From positions 1,728,001-1,792,000 of the forward strand of contig OZ252220.1 of the NCBI GenBank assembly GCA_965249135.1: a DNA stretch of 64,000 nucleotides, read 5' to 3'. Of the stretch, positions 9,847 to 19,030 are shown one piece after another. Position 1 is the stretch's first letter; each line of letters begins with the position of its first letter. The notes beneath the pieces were generated by a model. It was given only the letters and a program-made list of their open reading frames with translations, was not told the DNA's origin and made no database searches. The position numbers were made by a program, and so were the translations under genes. Origin of the DNA: Alphaproteobacteria bacterium (GTDB lineage: Bacteria; Pseudomonadota; Alphaproteobacteria; GCA-2746255).

Positions 9847-10824
9847 ATGAAAGCTAGGACGAAACCGGCCAGCACCCCGGATGACCTTGCGGCCGCACGT
9901 CGCGTGCTCGAGATGGAAGTCGAGGGCATCGCCCGCTTTGCCACTTCCCTTGGCCAGGAATTCGCGGACGCTCTGGATCGCCTGGCGGCCGTAACGGGTC
10001 GCGTCGTCGTCACCGGCATCGGGAAAAGCGGGCACATTGCCCACAAGATTGCCGCGACCTTTGCTTCGACCGGCACACCAGCCCTTTTCGTGCATCCGGC
10101 GGAGGCAAGCCACGGGGACCTCGGCATGATCACCCCGAAGGATGCCGTGCTTGCGCTTTCGAATTCTGGAGAAACGCCGGAACTTGCCGACCTCATCGCC
10201 TATACGCGCCGCTTCACCATTCCGTTGATCGCAGTGACAGGGCGGCTGCAGAGCGCACTTGCGGAAGCAGCCGATGTGACGCTGGAGTTGCCGACGGCGC
10301 CGGAGGCCTGCCCGTTTGGGCTGGCACCGACGACATCGACGACGGTCATGTTGGCACTTGGGGATGCGCTGGCGGTGGCGCTGCTCGAGCGTAAAGGATT
10401 CACAGCCGATGAATTTCAAGTTCTCCATCCAGGTGGGCAGCTTGGAAGGAACTTGCTTCGGGTCTCCGACATCATGCACACCGGCGAGGCAATTCCGCTG
10501 GTTGGCGAAAAGGCTTTGATGTCAGATGCGTTGATCGTGATGACGACAAGGAGCTTCGGCTGTATCGGTATCCTGCATGACAACGATCGGCTTGTTGGAA
10601 TCATCACGGATGGGGATTTGCGTCGGCATATGGATAACCTTCTCAAGAAGAAGGCAGTGGACGTGATGACAGCGAACCCGAAGACCATTCGCCCAAACGC
10701 ATTGGCGGCGGAAGCGCTCGGCTATATGAACGCAAGTAAAATTACGAGTCTTTTCGTGGTCGAGGATACTCGGCCAGTGGGAATCCTTCACATTCACGAT
10801 TGTCTTCGCGCCGGCGTTGCCTGA
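9847..10824 (+). CDS. kdsD: Arabinose-5-phosphate isomerase (KpsF/GutQ family)
   Basis: SIS domain GIGKSGH, HPAEASHGDLG, APTTST, HPGG, plus CBS pair. Confidence 0.95.
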   Translation: MKARTKPASTPDDLAAARRVLEMEVEGIARFATSLGQEFADALDRLAAVTGRVVVTGIGKSGHIAHKIAATFASTGTPALFVHPAEASHGDLGMITPKDAVLALSNSGETPELADLIAYTRRFTIPLIAVTGRLQSALAEAADVTLELPTAPEACPFGLAPTTSTTVMLALGDALAVALLERKGFTADEFQVLHPGGQLGRNLLRVSDIMHTGEAIPLVGEKALMSDALIVMTTRSFGCIGILHDNDRLVGIITDGDLRRHMDNLLKKKAVDVMTANPKTIRPNALAAEALGYMNASKITSLFVVEDTRPVGILHIHDCLRAGVA

Positions 10825-10831
10825 ACGAAAG

Positions 10832-11542
10832 ATGTCGACATTTGCAAGGGGCGAGGGCACGGGGACTTCGCCGTTCACGGCTGCCCGTATGGGCCTGAAG
10901 CGTTGGCGCCGCCGTCTGCGCCGCCGTCTGCGCCGCTCGCGGCGATTGGAGGGGTCCCGTCCCCATGCGCGGCGATACCGCTATGTCGGCGTATTGAAAT
11001 TGCTGTTGCCGGCCATTGCGGCGGTCCTCGTCGTCCTCGTCGCGTTCTGGCCGCAGCTTCGGGATCGCACAGGCGAATTCCGTCTGCGTTTTGCGACCCT
11101 AGGCTCACAGGAGGCGGAAACCGTCCAGATGATCAATCCGCGTTTTCTCGGTATCGACGAACTCGACCGGCACTATACGATTACGGCGGGACGCGCAACG
11201 CAGCGGGATGACGGGCGCATCAATCTCGAAAATCCAAAGGGCGACATGGCGCTTGAGGACGGGACGTGGATCGTGCTTTCGGCGAATACCGGCATTTATC
11301 ATAAGGAGCAGCAGGTGCTGAATTTGGCCGGCGGTGTGAACCTCTACCACGATTCCGGCTACGAATTTCATACCGAGCAAGCCAGCATCGACCTTCAGCA
11401 AGGCACGGCGAAGGGTGACACCCCAACGACCGGGCAAGGGCCGATCGGCCACATTCAATCCGAAGGATTCCGCATTTTCGAACGGGGCGATCGGGTCCTT
11501 TTTATCGGCAAGGCTCGCCTCGTGCTCTACGGCGAAGAGTAA
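10832..11542 (+). CDS. lptC: LPS export periplasmic protein LptC
   Basis: Single TM helix then beta-jellyroll-like sequence (MINPRFLG...GQGPIG); position kdsD-lptC-lptA-lptB; start uncertain (10817 or 10832). Confidence 0.85.
   Translation: MSTFARGEGTGTSPFTAARMGLKRWRRRLRRRLRRSRRLEGSRPHARRYRYVGVLKLLLPAIAAVLVVLVAFWPQLRDRTGEFRLRFATLGSQEAETVQMINPRFLGIDELDRHYTITAGRATQRDDGRINLENPKGDMALEDGTWIVLSANTGIYHKEQQVLNLAGGVNLYHDSGYEFHTEQASIDLQQGTAKGDTPTTGQGPIGHIQSEGFRIFERGDRVLFIGKARLVLYGEE
10906..10936 (+). repeat. 12-bp in-frame tandem repeat (about 2.6 copies) in the lptC 5' end
   Basis: GCGCCGCCGTCT x2 plus GCGCCGC; encodes RRRLRRRLRR. Confidence 0.8.
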
Positions 11543-11554
11543 GGTACTTCGCCA

Positions 11555-12391
11555 ATGAGAATTGCCCTTTTCCTTCGCGGGTTCGTCCTTTCGGCCTTCC
11601 TCGTGATGGCACCCTTCCAGCACAAGGCGACGGGCCAGGGGCTTAGCCTTGGTGGCGGCAAGGACGATGGCCCCATCGAGATCACGGCCGAGAATGGGAT
11701 CGAATGGTGGCAACCGAAACAACTTTACATTGCACGGGGCAATGCGAAGGCGATGCGGAATGATGTCAATCTTTTCGGTGATGAACTTACCGCGCATTAC
11801 CGTCTGGATTCGGAAGGCAATCGAGAAATTTGGCGGATCGATGCAGTTGGCAATGTCCGCGTCGTCTCGGCCAACGAGCAGGCTTACGGCGAGAAGGGTG
11901 TCTATAACGTCGATCAGGGAATCTTCGTTCTTACCGGCAAGATAAGACTGGATACGCCACAGGAACGTGTGACGGCAACCCGCAGCCTTGAATATTGGGT
12001 GAACAAAAACATGGCCGTTGCCCGTGGCAACGCTATTGCGATTCACGAAGACCGTCGCCTAAATGGGGAAACATTGGTTGCCTACTTTCATGCACCGGAC
12101 GCGAACGGAAAACGAAAGCTTCAGCGCCTCGAGGCCTATACGAACGTCCATGTCTCGACGCCTACGGAAATCATTCGAGGATCGCGCGGCGTATATGATG
12201 TCGATAGCGGTATCGCGACAATCATCGGATCGGTTAAGATTACCCGTGGCAACGACCAGATGAACGGCGAGTATGCCGAGGTCGACATGAACACCGGTGT
12301 CAGTCGGCTGTTGAGCGGTCCGAAAGGTAGCGGCGGGCGGGTGAAGGCGCTCATAAAACCTTCGAAAGTCAACGAAAAAGACAAGCAGTAA
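11555..12391 (+). CDS. lptA: LptA/OstA family LPS transport protein with two OstA-like repeats
   Basis: Signal peptide; repeated units PIEITAENGIEW...ARGNA and RVTATRSLEYW...ARGNA; C-terminal GRVKALI. Confidence 0.85.
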   Translation: MRIALFLRGFVLSAFLVMAPFQHKATGQGLSLGGGKDDGPIEITAENGIEWWQPKQLYIARGNAKAMRNDVNLFGDELTAHYRLDSEGNREIWRIDAVGNVRVVSANEQAYGEKGVYNVDQGIFVLTGKIRLDTPQERVTATRSLEYWVNKNMAVARGNAIAIHEDRRLNGETLVAYFHAPDANGKRKLQRLEAYTNVHVSTPTEIIRGSRGVYDVDSGIATIIGSVKITRGNDQMNGEYAEVDMNTGVSRLLSGPKGSGGRVKALIKPSKVNEKDKQ

Positions 12392-12420
12392 CCCAATTGT
12401 TAGGAAGATCTTAAGGGGAA

Positions 12421-13209
12421 ATGGCGACAACCGAACCTATGGGAAAGAAAGCCACCTCGTCGGATTCCCCACGGCTTGTCTCGGACAATAACGGGCTGCA
12501 GGCGATCAAACTTGGCAAGCGCTTCAAGAAGCGGCCGGTGCTGCGCGAGGTAAGCTTGAGCGTGCAGCGCGGTGAAGCGGTCGGGCTCCTGGGTCCGAAC
12601 GGTGCCGGTAAGACGACCTGTTTTCACATCATCACCGGGCTGATTACACCGGATTACGGACGGATCCTGCTGGATGGGGAGGGCATCGGTGAGCTTCCCA
12701 TGTACCGTCGGGCGCGGTTGGGGATTGGCTATCTGCCTCAGGAGATGTCGATCTTTCGTGGGCTTTCCGTCGAAGAAAATATTCGCGCGGTGCTTGAAGT
12801 GGTCGAGCCGATACGCGAAGCGCGTGACACAATGCTTGAAGACCTTCTCGCGGAATTCTCGATTACGCATCTGCGCCGCACCCCGGCGCTCGCCCTTTCT
12901 GGTGGGGAACGGCGGCGCGTCGAGATTGCGCGCGCGCTGGCGTCACAACCCCATTTTGTGCTTCTTGACGAACCGCTGGCCGGCATCGATCCGATCGCCG
13001 TCGGCGACATTCGTGATCTTGTTTCGCATTTGAAGGACCGTGGAATCGGCGTCTTCATCACCGACCACAACGTCCGTGAAACCCTGGAAATCGTCGATCG
13101 CGCCTATATCCTTCACGACGGCATGGTGTTGATGGAAGGTTCTCCTTCCGAGATCGTCGCCCATGAAGGTGTGCGTCGCGTCTATCTTGGGGATCGGTTC
13201 AGTCTCTAA
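12421..13209 (+). CDS. lptB: LPS export ABC ATPase
   Basis: GPNGAGKTT, LSGGERRR, LLDEP, ITDHNVRETL, VYLG. Confidence 0.96.
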   Translation: MATTEPMGKKATSSDSPRLVSDNNGLQAIKLGKRFKKRPVLREVSLSVQRGEAVGLLGPNGAGKTTCFHIITGLITPDYGRILLDGEGIGELPMYRRARLGIGYLPQEMSIFRGLSVEENIRAVLEVVEPIREARDTMLEDLLAEFSITHLRRTPALALSGGERRRVEIARALASQPHFVLLDEPLAGIDPIAVGDIRDLVSHLKDRGIGVFITDHNVRETLEIVDRAYILHDGMVLMEGSPSEIVAHEGVRRVYLGDRFSL

Positions 13210-13224
13210 CATTCAGTGGGTGCC

Positions 13225-14682
13225 ATGGCGCTGACTCAACGCCTCGATCTGCGGCAGTCTCAGTCTCTCGTCATGACGCCGCAATTGCAGCAAGCGATCA
13301 AGTTGCTGCAATTGTCGAATTTTGAACTCGGCACTTTCCTTGAGGCGGAAGTGGAACGCAATCCACTGTTGGACTTCGAGGAGGGCGAGCCGGATGCGGC
13401 GCAAGTCACAGAAGAGGCAACGTCGGCACCAGCCGAGACGGCGCCGCTGGATGGGGAAATCGCCGACCGCTGGGAGGGGGAAAGCAATACCGATTCGTCC
13501 TATGAGGAGGGCCCCGATCTCGGTGGGTCTTGGGGGCATGGCGGCAGCGGGGGCTTTGGGCACGAGGCACCCAGCCTTGAGCAGACGCTTTCCGGAGAAA
13601 TCAATTTACGGGAACATCTCCTCGGACAACTGAACGTCGATCTGCACGACCCCGTCGACCGGATCATTGGACGGCATCTCATCAATCTCCTGGACGAGAC
13701 CGGCTACGTCACCGGCACGATCGAGAGCGCCGCCGAGTTGTTGGGGTGCGAGTGCTCACACATCGAAAATACGCTTCGCAAGCTGCAGGGCTTCGATCCA
13801 CCAGGTGTATTTGCGCGCGATCTGAAGGAATGCCTTGCCATTCAACTCCGGGACTTGGACCGGCTGGATCCGGCCATGGAGGCTATGCTGGAGCATCTGG
13901 ATCTTCTGGCGCGCCACGAGGGTGACCGGCTGATGAAGCTGTGTGGTGTGAACAAGGAAGATTTGGCCGACATGATTGCGGAGATTCGCGCCCTCAATCC
14001 GAAGCCGGGATTGGTCTTCGATGCAGCCGTGGCCCAGACGATCATCCCCGACGTTTTAATGCGCAGCCAGCGGGATGGCGACTGGATCGTCGAGCTCAAC
14101 GCCGAATCCCTTCCACGGGTTCTCGTCAACAACGCCTATTATCAGCGGATCAGCGGCGAGGCTCGAAAGAAAGAGGAAAGGCAATACATCTCGGAACAGT
14201 TTCAGTCGGCAAGCTGGCTCGTGAAATCGCTGCATCAAAGGGCCACGACGATCCTTCGCGTCGCCAGCGAGATCGTACGCCAGCAAGACGCTTTTTTCCG
14301 CCACGGTGTGCAGCATCTTCGCCCACTTGTACTGCGCAATATTGCAAGCGAAATTGACATGCACGAAAGTACGGTGAGTCGCGTGACTGCGAATAAATTC
14401 ATGCTCACGCCGCGGGGAGTCTACGAATTAAAATACTTCTTCACGGCTTGTATCCCGCGCACCGGGGAGGGCGAAGCCCATTCTTCGGAATCCGTACGTC
14501 AGCGAATCAAGGCGCTGGTGGACGCCGAGAAAGCCGACCAGGTGCTTTCCGATGACAAGATCGTCGAAATTCTCAAGGGTGAAAGAATTGAGATTGCCAG
14601 GCGAACCGTTGCAAAGTATCGGGAAGCCCTTGGAATCGCGTCCTCTGTTCAGCGGCGTCGGCAGAAGACATCCACGCTATAG
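13225..14682 (+). CDS. rpoN: RNA polymerase sigma-54 factor
   Basis: Region I MTPQLQQAIKLLQL, HESTVSR, RpoN box ARRTVAKYRE. Confidence 0.97.
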   Translation: MALTQRLDLRQSQSLVMTPQLQQAIKLLQLSNFELGTFLEAEVERNPLLDFEEGEPDAAQVTEEATSAPAETAPLDGEIADRWEGESNTDSSYEEGPDLGGSWGHGGSGGFGHEAPSLEQTLSGEINLREHLLGQLNVDLHDPVDRIIGRHLINLLDETGYVTGTIESAAELLGCECSHIENTLRKLQGFDPPGVFARDLKECLAIQLRDLDRLDPAMEAMLEHLDLLARHEGDRLMKLCGVNKEDLADMIAEIRALNPKPGLVFDAAVAQTIIPDVLMRSQRDGDWIVELNAESLPRVLVNNAYYQRISGEARKKEERQYISEQFQSASWLVKSLHQRATTILRVASEIVRQQDAFFRHGVQHLRPLVLRNIASEIDMHESTVSRVTANKFMLTPRGVYELKYFFTACIPRTGEGEAHSSESVRQRIKALVDAEKADQVLSDDKIVEILKGERIEIARRTVAKYREALGIASSVQRRRQKTSTL

Positions 14683-14692
14683 CCTGCGCCTA

Positions 14693-14721
14693 TTGACTTG
14701 CATATTGGCCGGCACTATCGT
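14693..14721 (+). promoter_or_regulatory. Putative sigma70 promoter upstream of ptsN
   Basis: TTGACT-N17-TATCGT directly after the rpoN stop. Confidence 0.55.
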
Positions 14722-14822
14722 CCCGTCGCTCATTCAATCACCGCATCCAATCGCATAGCGGTAAAACAACCTGATCCGAAAAGTTGCCAAGGATTAACGC
14801 TGCAAAGCGCTATGAACCAATT

Positions 14823-15287
14823 ATGGAAATTACGGATCTGATCACGTCGAAAAACGTGATTCTGAATCTGCGGGCGTCCAGTAAGAAGCAAGCCCTTCAG
14901 GAGCTCTCCCAAAAGGCGGCGAAGATCGCGGAACTGCAGGAGCGGGCGATCTTCGATGTGTTGCTTGAACGCGAAAAGTTGGGAACAACCGGCGTCGGTT
15001 CGGGTGTAGCGATTCCCCATGGGAAGCTTGATGAGCTGGGCCAGCTTTGCGGCATCTTTGCGAAGCTCGAGAAACCGATTGATTTCGAATCCATCGACGA
15101 ACGTCCCGTTGACCTCATCTTCATGTTGCTGGCACCCAAATCGGCAGGCACGGAGCACTTGAAGGCGTTGGCCCGAATCTCCCGGCTTTTAAGGGACGAG
15201 GCGACCTGTGAGAAACTTCGCGGGTCCGACACGGTGGAGGCCATTTATGCGCTTCTCATCTGTGCCGATGAAGCGGGCGGCGGATAA
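14823..15287 (+). CDS. ptsN: PTS IIA-like nitrogen regulatory protein
   Basis: REKLGTTGVGSGVAIPHG phospho-His motif, HLKALARISR. Confidence 0.95.
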   Translation: MEITDLITSKNVILNLRASSKKQALQELSQKAAKIAELQERAIFDVLLEREKLGTTGVGSGVAIPHGKLDELGQLCGIFAKLEKPIDFESIDERPVDLIFMLLAPKSAGTEHLKALARISRLLRDEATCEKLRGSDTVEAIYALLICADEAGGG

Positions 15288-15316
15288 AAAAATGGCGGGA
15301 GCCTCGGCCCCCGCCA
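15286..15316 (-). terminator. Intrinsic terminator for the hsp20-DUF1150 transcript (possibly bidirectional)
   Basis: TGGCGGG...CCCGCCA stem flanked by an A7 run, which is a U-tract on the minus strand. Confidence 0.7.
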
Positions 15317-15363
15317 ATTAAATCTTCCTTAGGGAACTTCGGAAAATTTATTTGTAGTTTGCG

Positions 15364-15588
15364 TTAGTGGACGCTGACCGGGTGCATGTCCTGTTCCAGG
15401 ATGGCCCCATAGGCGAGTTCCAGCTCGCTTGCGATGGCAAGTTGCGTGCCGTCGGCGGCATGTACGGCATAGCCCCCAGCGCCTTCGTCATCGACCGGGA
15501 TCGGCCGCACATAAGCGATGTGGGATAATCCCAGCGAAGCAAGGCCTTGGCTAGAAAGGTGCCGTAACTGTTCGTTCCGGTCCGTCAT
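15364..15588 (-). CDS. DUF1150 family small protein
   Basis: IAYVRP, YAVHAADGT, C-terminal PVSVH; follows hsp20. Confidence 0.8.
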   Translation of the reverse strand: MTDRNEQLRHLSSQGLASLGLSHIAYVRPIPVDDEGAGGYAVHAADGTQLAIASELELAYGAILEQDMHPVSVH

Positions 15589-15604
15589 GATCTTTCACCT
15601 TGAA

Positions 15605-16069
15605 TTAGGCGTCCGCCTGCTCCGTATGAACGTCGATCGTCTCGCCCGACGTCGAACGGTTTTCGCGGATGTTAATTTTGCGGGCCTGATTTTTGACGCT
15701 GGGTCGAACCAGATCGATGTGCAGAAGGCCGTTATCGAAGGACGCGTCCACGACCTCGATTCCATCGGCCAGCACGAAGCGCCGCTCGAACCTGCGGGTC
15801 GCGATCCCCCGATGATGGAAGACGCGGTCCTCTTCCTCTTCCTTATGCTCACCTTGGATAACGAGCTCGTTGTCCTCGATCGAAACGCCGAGCTCATTCA
15901 CGTTGAAACCGGCAACGGCAACGGTGATGCGAAGCCCGTCCTCCTTAAGCTGTTCGATGTTGTAGGGCGGATAGCCGTCGCTTGCGGCTTTCGTCACGCG
16001 GTCGAGGGTGCGCTCGAATTCGTCGAATCCAAGCAGAAAGGGGCTGTTGAAAAGTGGAAAACGTGTCAT
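15605..16069 (-). CDS. Small heat-shock protein Hsp20 (IbpA-like)
   Basis: GYPPYNIE, AVAGF, HRGIATRRFERRF, NGLLHIDL; ATG at 16069 with GAGGAG Shine-Dalgarno (SD). Confidence 0.93.
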   Translation of the reverse strand: MTRFPLFNSPFLLGFDEFERTLDRVTKAASDGYPPYNIEQLKEDGLRITVAVAGFNVNELGVSIEDNELVIQGEHKEEEEDRVFHHRGIATRRFERRFVLADGIEVVDASFDNGLLHIDLVRPSVKNQARKINIRENRSTSGETIDVHTEQADA

Positions 16070-16154
16070 TTGCAGTCTCCTCAAGACCTGAGCAAGTTGC
16101 AGATTGGGCCCGGCATTCCGGCACCCGGTGTTGGCGGCCCACCTGGCGCCGCCA
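16067..16154 (-). ncRNA. ROSE-type RNA thermometer in the hsp20 5' UTR
   Basis: Minus strand TGCAA-CTTGCTCA-GGTCT-TGAGGAG-ACTGCA: UUGCU motif with bulged G pairs with the SD; two GC-rich hairpins upstream. Confidence 0.8.
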
Positions 16155-16160
16155 TCCCAT

Positions 16161-16188
16161 ATCTAGGAAGGAAAGCCCGGAAATCAAG
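16161..16188 (-). promoter_or_regulatory. Sigma32 (RpoH) heat-shock promoter
   Basis: CTTGA-N16-CCTAGAT on the minus strand, close to the alphaproteobacterial RpoH consensus. Confidence 0.7.
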
Positions 16189-16255
16189 AGGGGGGTCCGC
16201 CCAGGGGAGAGCGGAAAAAAATATTTATTTTCAATTCGTTAAGGCGCTTGCGGGG

Positions 16256-16331
<76 letters not shown>

Positions 16332-16435
16332 GGCACCTTAACTCCCTGGCCGGACTACCTGCCGGCAGGAGCTCGTAAGCGATGGAAAGGTAGTGAGCCT
16401 GAACCAAGGAGGGCAAGCGAAAAAAGAAGGCCTCT

Positions 16436-16807
16436 CTAGTTCTCGTCGACCACGATGACCGTATCGATCACCTTGGTCACGTCCTCGGATTCGTCGCCCA
16501 ACTCGGCGGCATCCTCGATGATTTTTTCCTCATCCTCTTCGTCACCGGCCTTGATCCCCTCGATTTCGCCCTCAAGCTCAGGGCTTGTCTCGGGGTCTTT
16601 TTTCCTGGGCGGTGGAGGGGCTTGCTTCGGCGGCTGAGCCGGCGCTTCTGCTTCCTTTGCCTTTCGGCCGCGGCGCGGTTTTGCCTGGGGTTCGTCGGCT
16701 GCTTCCGTCCGACAATTCGGACAGACCGGGCCGGCGGAACCCATGTCGTAATATCGGATTCCACAGTTCGCACAAAGGTGCTTATTGCCCCATTCCGGCT
16801 TGCCCAC
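16436..16807 (-). CDS. TIGR02300 / FYDLN_acid family protein
   Basis: KPEWGNKHLCANCGIRYYDM...CPNC zinc knuckle and acidic tail; divergent from aroA; likely GTG start at 16807. Confidence 0.82.
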   Translation of the reverse strand: MGKPEWGNKHLCANCGIRYYDMGSAGPVCPNCRTEAADEPQAKPRRGRKAKEAEAPAQPPKQAPPPPRKKDPETSPELEGEIEGIKAGDEEDEEKIIEDAAELGDESEDVTKVIDTVIVVDEN

Positions 16808-16972
16808 GATGCGCTTCCTAGGCTGGGTGAAACCGCCTAAGCCATTTGCCATGATCGTTTTCTTCTGTCAAAACGAATCTGCAGCCCGGCGCAAGATCGT
16901 TCGCCGCGCATGGCGCCGGGGCTTGGGGGTGTGATAGAGACTCCCCAAGACCGTGTTCCATCGAGGCTCTCT

Positions 16973-18310
16973 ATGCATCCGCTTCAATCCGCCACCGCCG
17001 ATCCGCTTCACGGGCTGGTTTCCGTTCCGGGAGACAAATCGATCTCGCATCGGGCGGTCCTATTGGCGGCGATGGCCGTCGGCGAAACGGAAATCGAAGG
17101 ACTGCTGGAGGGGGAAGATGTCCTGCGAACGGTGGCGGCCCTTCGTGCGCTGGGGGTGGAGATCACGGAGGCGGCGGGGGGAAAACGCCAGCTATACGGC
17201 GTCGGTGTCGGCGGCCTCGCCGAGCCGGATGGTGTTCTCGATTTCGGAAATTCCGGGACGGGCGTGCGGCTCATGGCCGGTCTTCTCGCCACGCACCCCT
17301 TCACGAGCATGCTTACCGGGGATGCCTCGCTCCGGCGACGGCCCATGGCGCGGATCATTACGCCCCTTGAGCAGATGGGCGCGCGGCTCCTTGCTCGCGA
17401 CGGTTCGCGCCTGCCGATGACGATCGAGGGCACGGCAGAACCGATCCCGATTTCCTATCGGTTGTCGCTTCCGTCCGCGCAGGTAAAGTCGGCCATTCTG
17501 CTCGCAGGTTTAAACACGCCCGGCAGGACGACCGTCGTTGAGCCGATTGCGACCCGCGACCATACGGAGCGTCTGCTCACCTATCTTGGCGCCCGTGTCG
17601 AGGTCTCCGACGCCCCGGAGGGCGACCGCGCCATCGAAGTGGTTGGGCAGCCCGAGCTTAAAGGGAAGAAGATTTTCATTCCGTCGGACCCATCCTCGGC
17701 TGCCTTTCTTGCCGTGGCGGCGCTGCTCGTGCCGGATTCCGAAATTACGCTTACCCGGATTGGGGCAAATCGCCTTCGCACCGGCTTTTATTTGACGCTT
17801 GCGAAAATGGGGGCGGCGCTGGATTGGCAGAAGAAAGACGAGGAATGCGGAGAACCGGTCGCCGATCTGAATGTCAAGGCGTCTTCGCTTTCCGCGATCG
17901 AAGTGCCGGCGGCATGGGTTCCTTCCATGATCGACGAATACCCGGTTCTCGCCGTGGCGGCCGCGGCAGCAGAAGGTACGACGGTATTGAATGGCCTGGC
18001 CGAACTTCGCGTGAAGGAAAGCGACCGGCTTGCCGCGATCTCCGAAGGGTTGCGCGCGTCGGGCGTCGAGGTCGAGGAAAGCGAGGACCGTCTGGTGATC
18101 CAGGGGCATGGCGGGCGCTTGCCCGGTGGCGGCACGGTGCGCACCCATCTCGACCATCGAATCGCGATGGCCTTTCTCGTTCTTGGCATGGCTTCCGAGC
18201 GGCCCGTTCGGATTGACGACGGCAGCGTGATCGAAACGAGCTTTCCGGGCTTCGTCGAGCTCGTGAATGGAATCGGCGGGCGTATCACGAAGGAAGGAAA
18301 CGGTGCGTGA
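16973..18310 (+). CDS. aroA: 3-phosphoshikimate 1-carboxyvinyltransferase (EPSP synthase)
   Basis: PGDKSISHR, GNSGT, SAQVKSA, RDHTE, KESDR, DHRIAM; start approximate. Confidence 0.96.
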   Translation: MHPLQSATADPLHGLVSVPGDKSISHRAVLLAAMAVGETEIEGLLEGEDVLRTVAALRALGVEITEAAGGKRQLYGVGVGGLAEPDGVLDFGNSGTGVRLMAGLLATHPFTSMLTGDASLRRRPMARIITPLEQMGARLLARDGSRLPMTIEGTAEPIPISYRLSLPSAQVKSAILLAGLNTPGRTTVVEPIATRDHTERLLTYLGARVEVSDAPEGDRAIEVVGQPELKGKKIFIPSDPSSAAFLAVAALLVPDSEITLTRIGANRLRTGFYLTLAKMGAALDWQKKDEECGEPVADLNVKASSLSAIEVPAAWVPSMIDEYPVLAVAAAAAEGTTVLNGLAELRVKESDRLAAISEGLRASGVEVEESEDRLVIQGHGGRLPGGGTVRTHLDHRIAMAFLVLGMASERPVRIDDGSVIETSFPGFVELVNGIGGRITKEGNGA

Positions 18311-18978
18311 CGACGGGACCGCTCGTCATCGCCATCGACGGGCCGGCGGCGGCGGGCAAGGGGACCCTTGCACGCCGTATCGCCGAAGCGCTCGATTTTG
18401 CCCATCTCGACACCGGTCTCCTTTACCGGGCGATCGGGCTTATCGTGTTGCGGGCCAAGCAGGATCCGATGGATGAAGCGGCCGCGCTGGCGGCTGCGGA
18501 GGGACTCGAATCGTTCCAACTCGACGATCCGGCGCTCCGGCAGGACGACGTGGCGAGCGCCGCGGCAAAGGTGGCGGCCCTGCCAGTGGTCCGTGAACGC
18601 CTCCTCCGATTCCAGCGCGATTTTGCCGCCGCGCCGCCGGATGGGAAGAGAGGCTCGGTGGTCGAGGGAAGGGATATCGGGACCGTCGTTCTGCCCGACG
18701 CGAATCTGAAGCTTTTCCTCACGGCAGCCCTTGAAATACGGGCCGAACGGCGGCTTAAGGAGTTGCGGGGAAGGGGCCTGAAGAGTATACGTAGCCAGCT
18801 TTTGCGGGAGATGCGTGAGCGCGACGAGCGCGATGAGAACCGCCCCGTCTCGCCCCTGCGCCCCACCGAAGATGCGCATATGCTCGATACGACCGATCTG
18901 GATGCAGACGCCGCCTTCGAAGCCGCGATGGCAATCATTCGATCGCAGCGGGATTTTGCCGACAAGGATCGGCCTTGA
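18307..18978 (+). CDS. cmk: Cytidylate kinase
   Basis: IDGPAAAGKGT, LDTGLLYRA, EGRDIGTVV. Confidence 0.95.
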   Translation: MTTGPLVIAIDGPAAAGKGTLARRIAEALDFAHLDTGLLYRAIGLIVLRAKQDPMDEAAALAAAEGLESFQLDDPALRQDDVASAAAKVAALPVVRERLLRFQRDFAAAPPDGKRGSVVEGRDIGTVVLPDANLKLFLTAALEIRAERRLKELRGRGLKSIRSQLLREMRERDERDENRPVSPLRPTEDAHMLDTTDLDADAAFEAAMAIIRSQRDFADKDRP

Positions 18979-19030
18979 CGGAAGAAACGTTGTCGGGAAG
19001 GCCCCTTGCGAGATGAGGAGAGAGGGTTAG

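Noticed and set aside
14740-14790. Possible degraded hpf remnant (AGC GGT AAA, reading SGK) in the ptsN leader
   Set aside because: The match is too short to distinguish from chance without an alignment.
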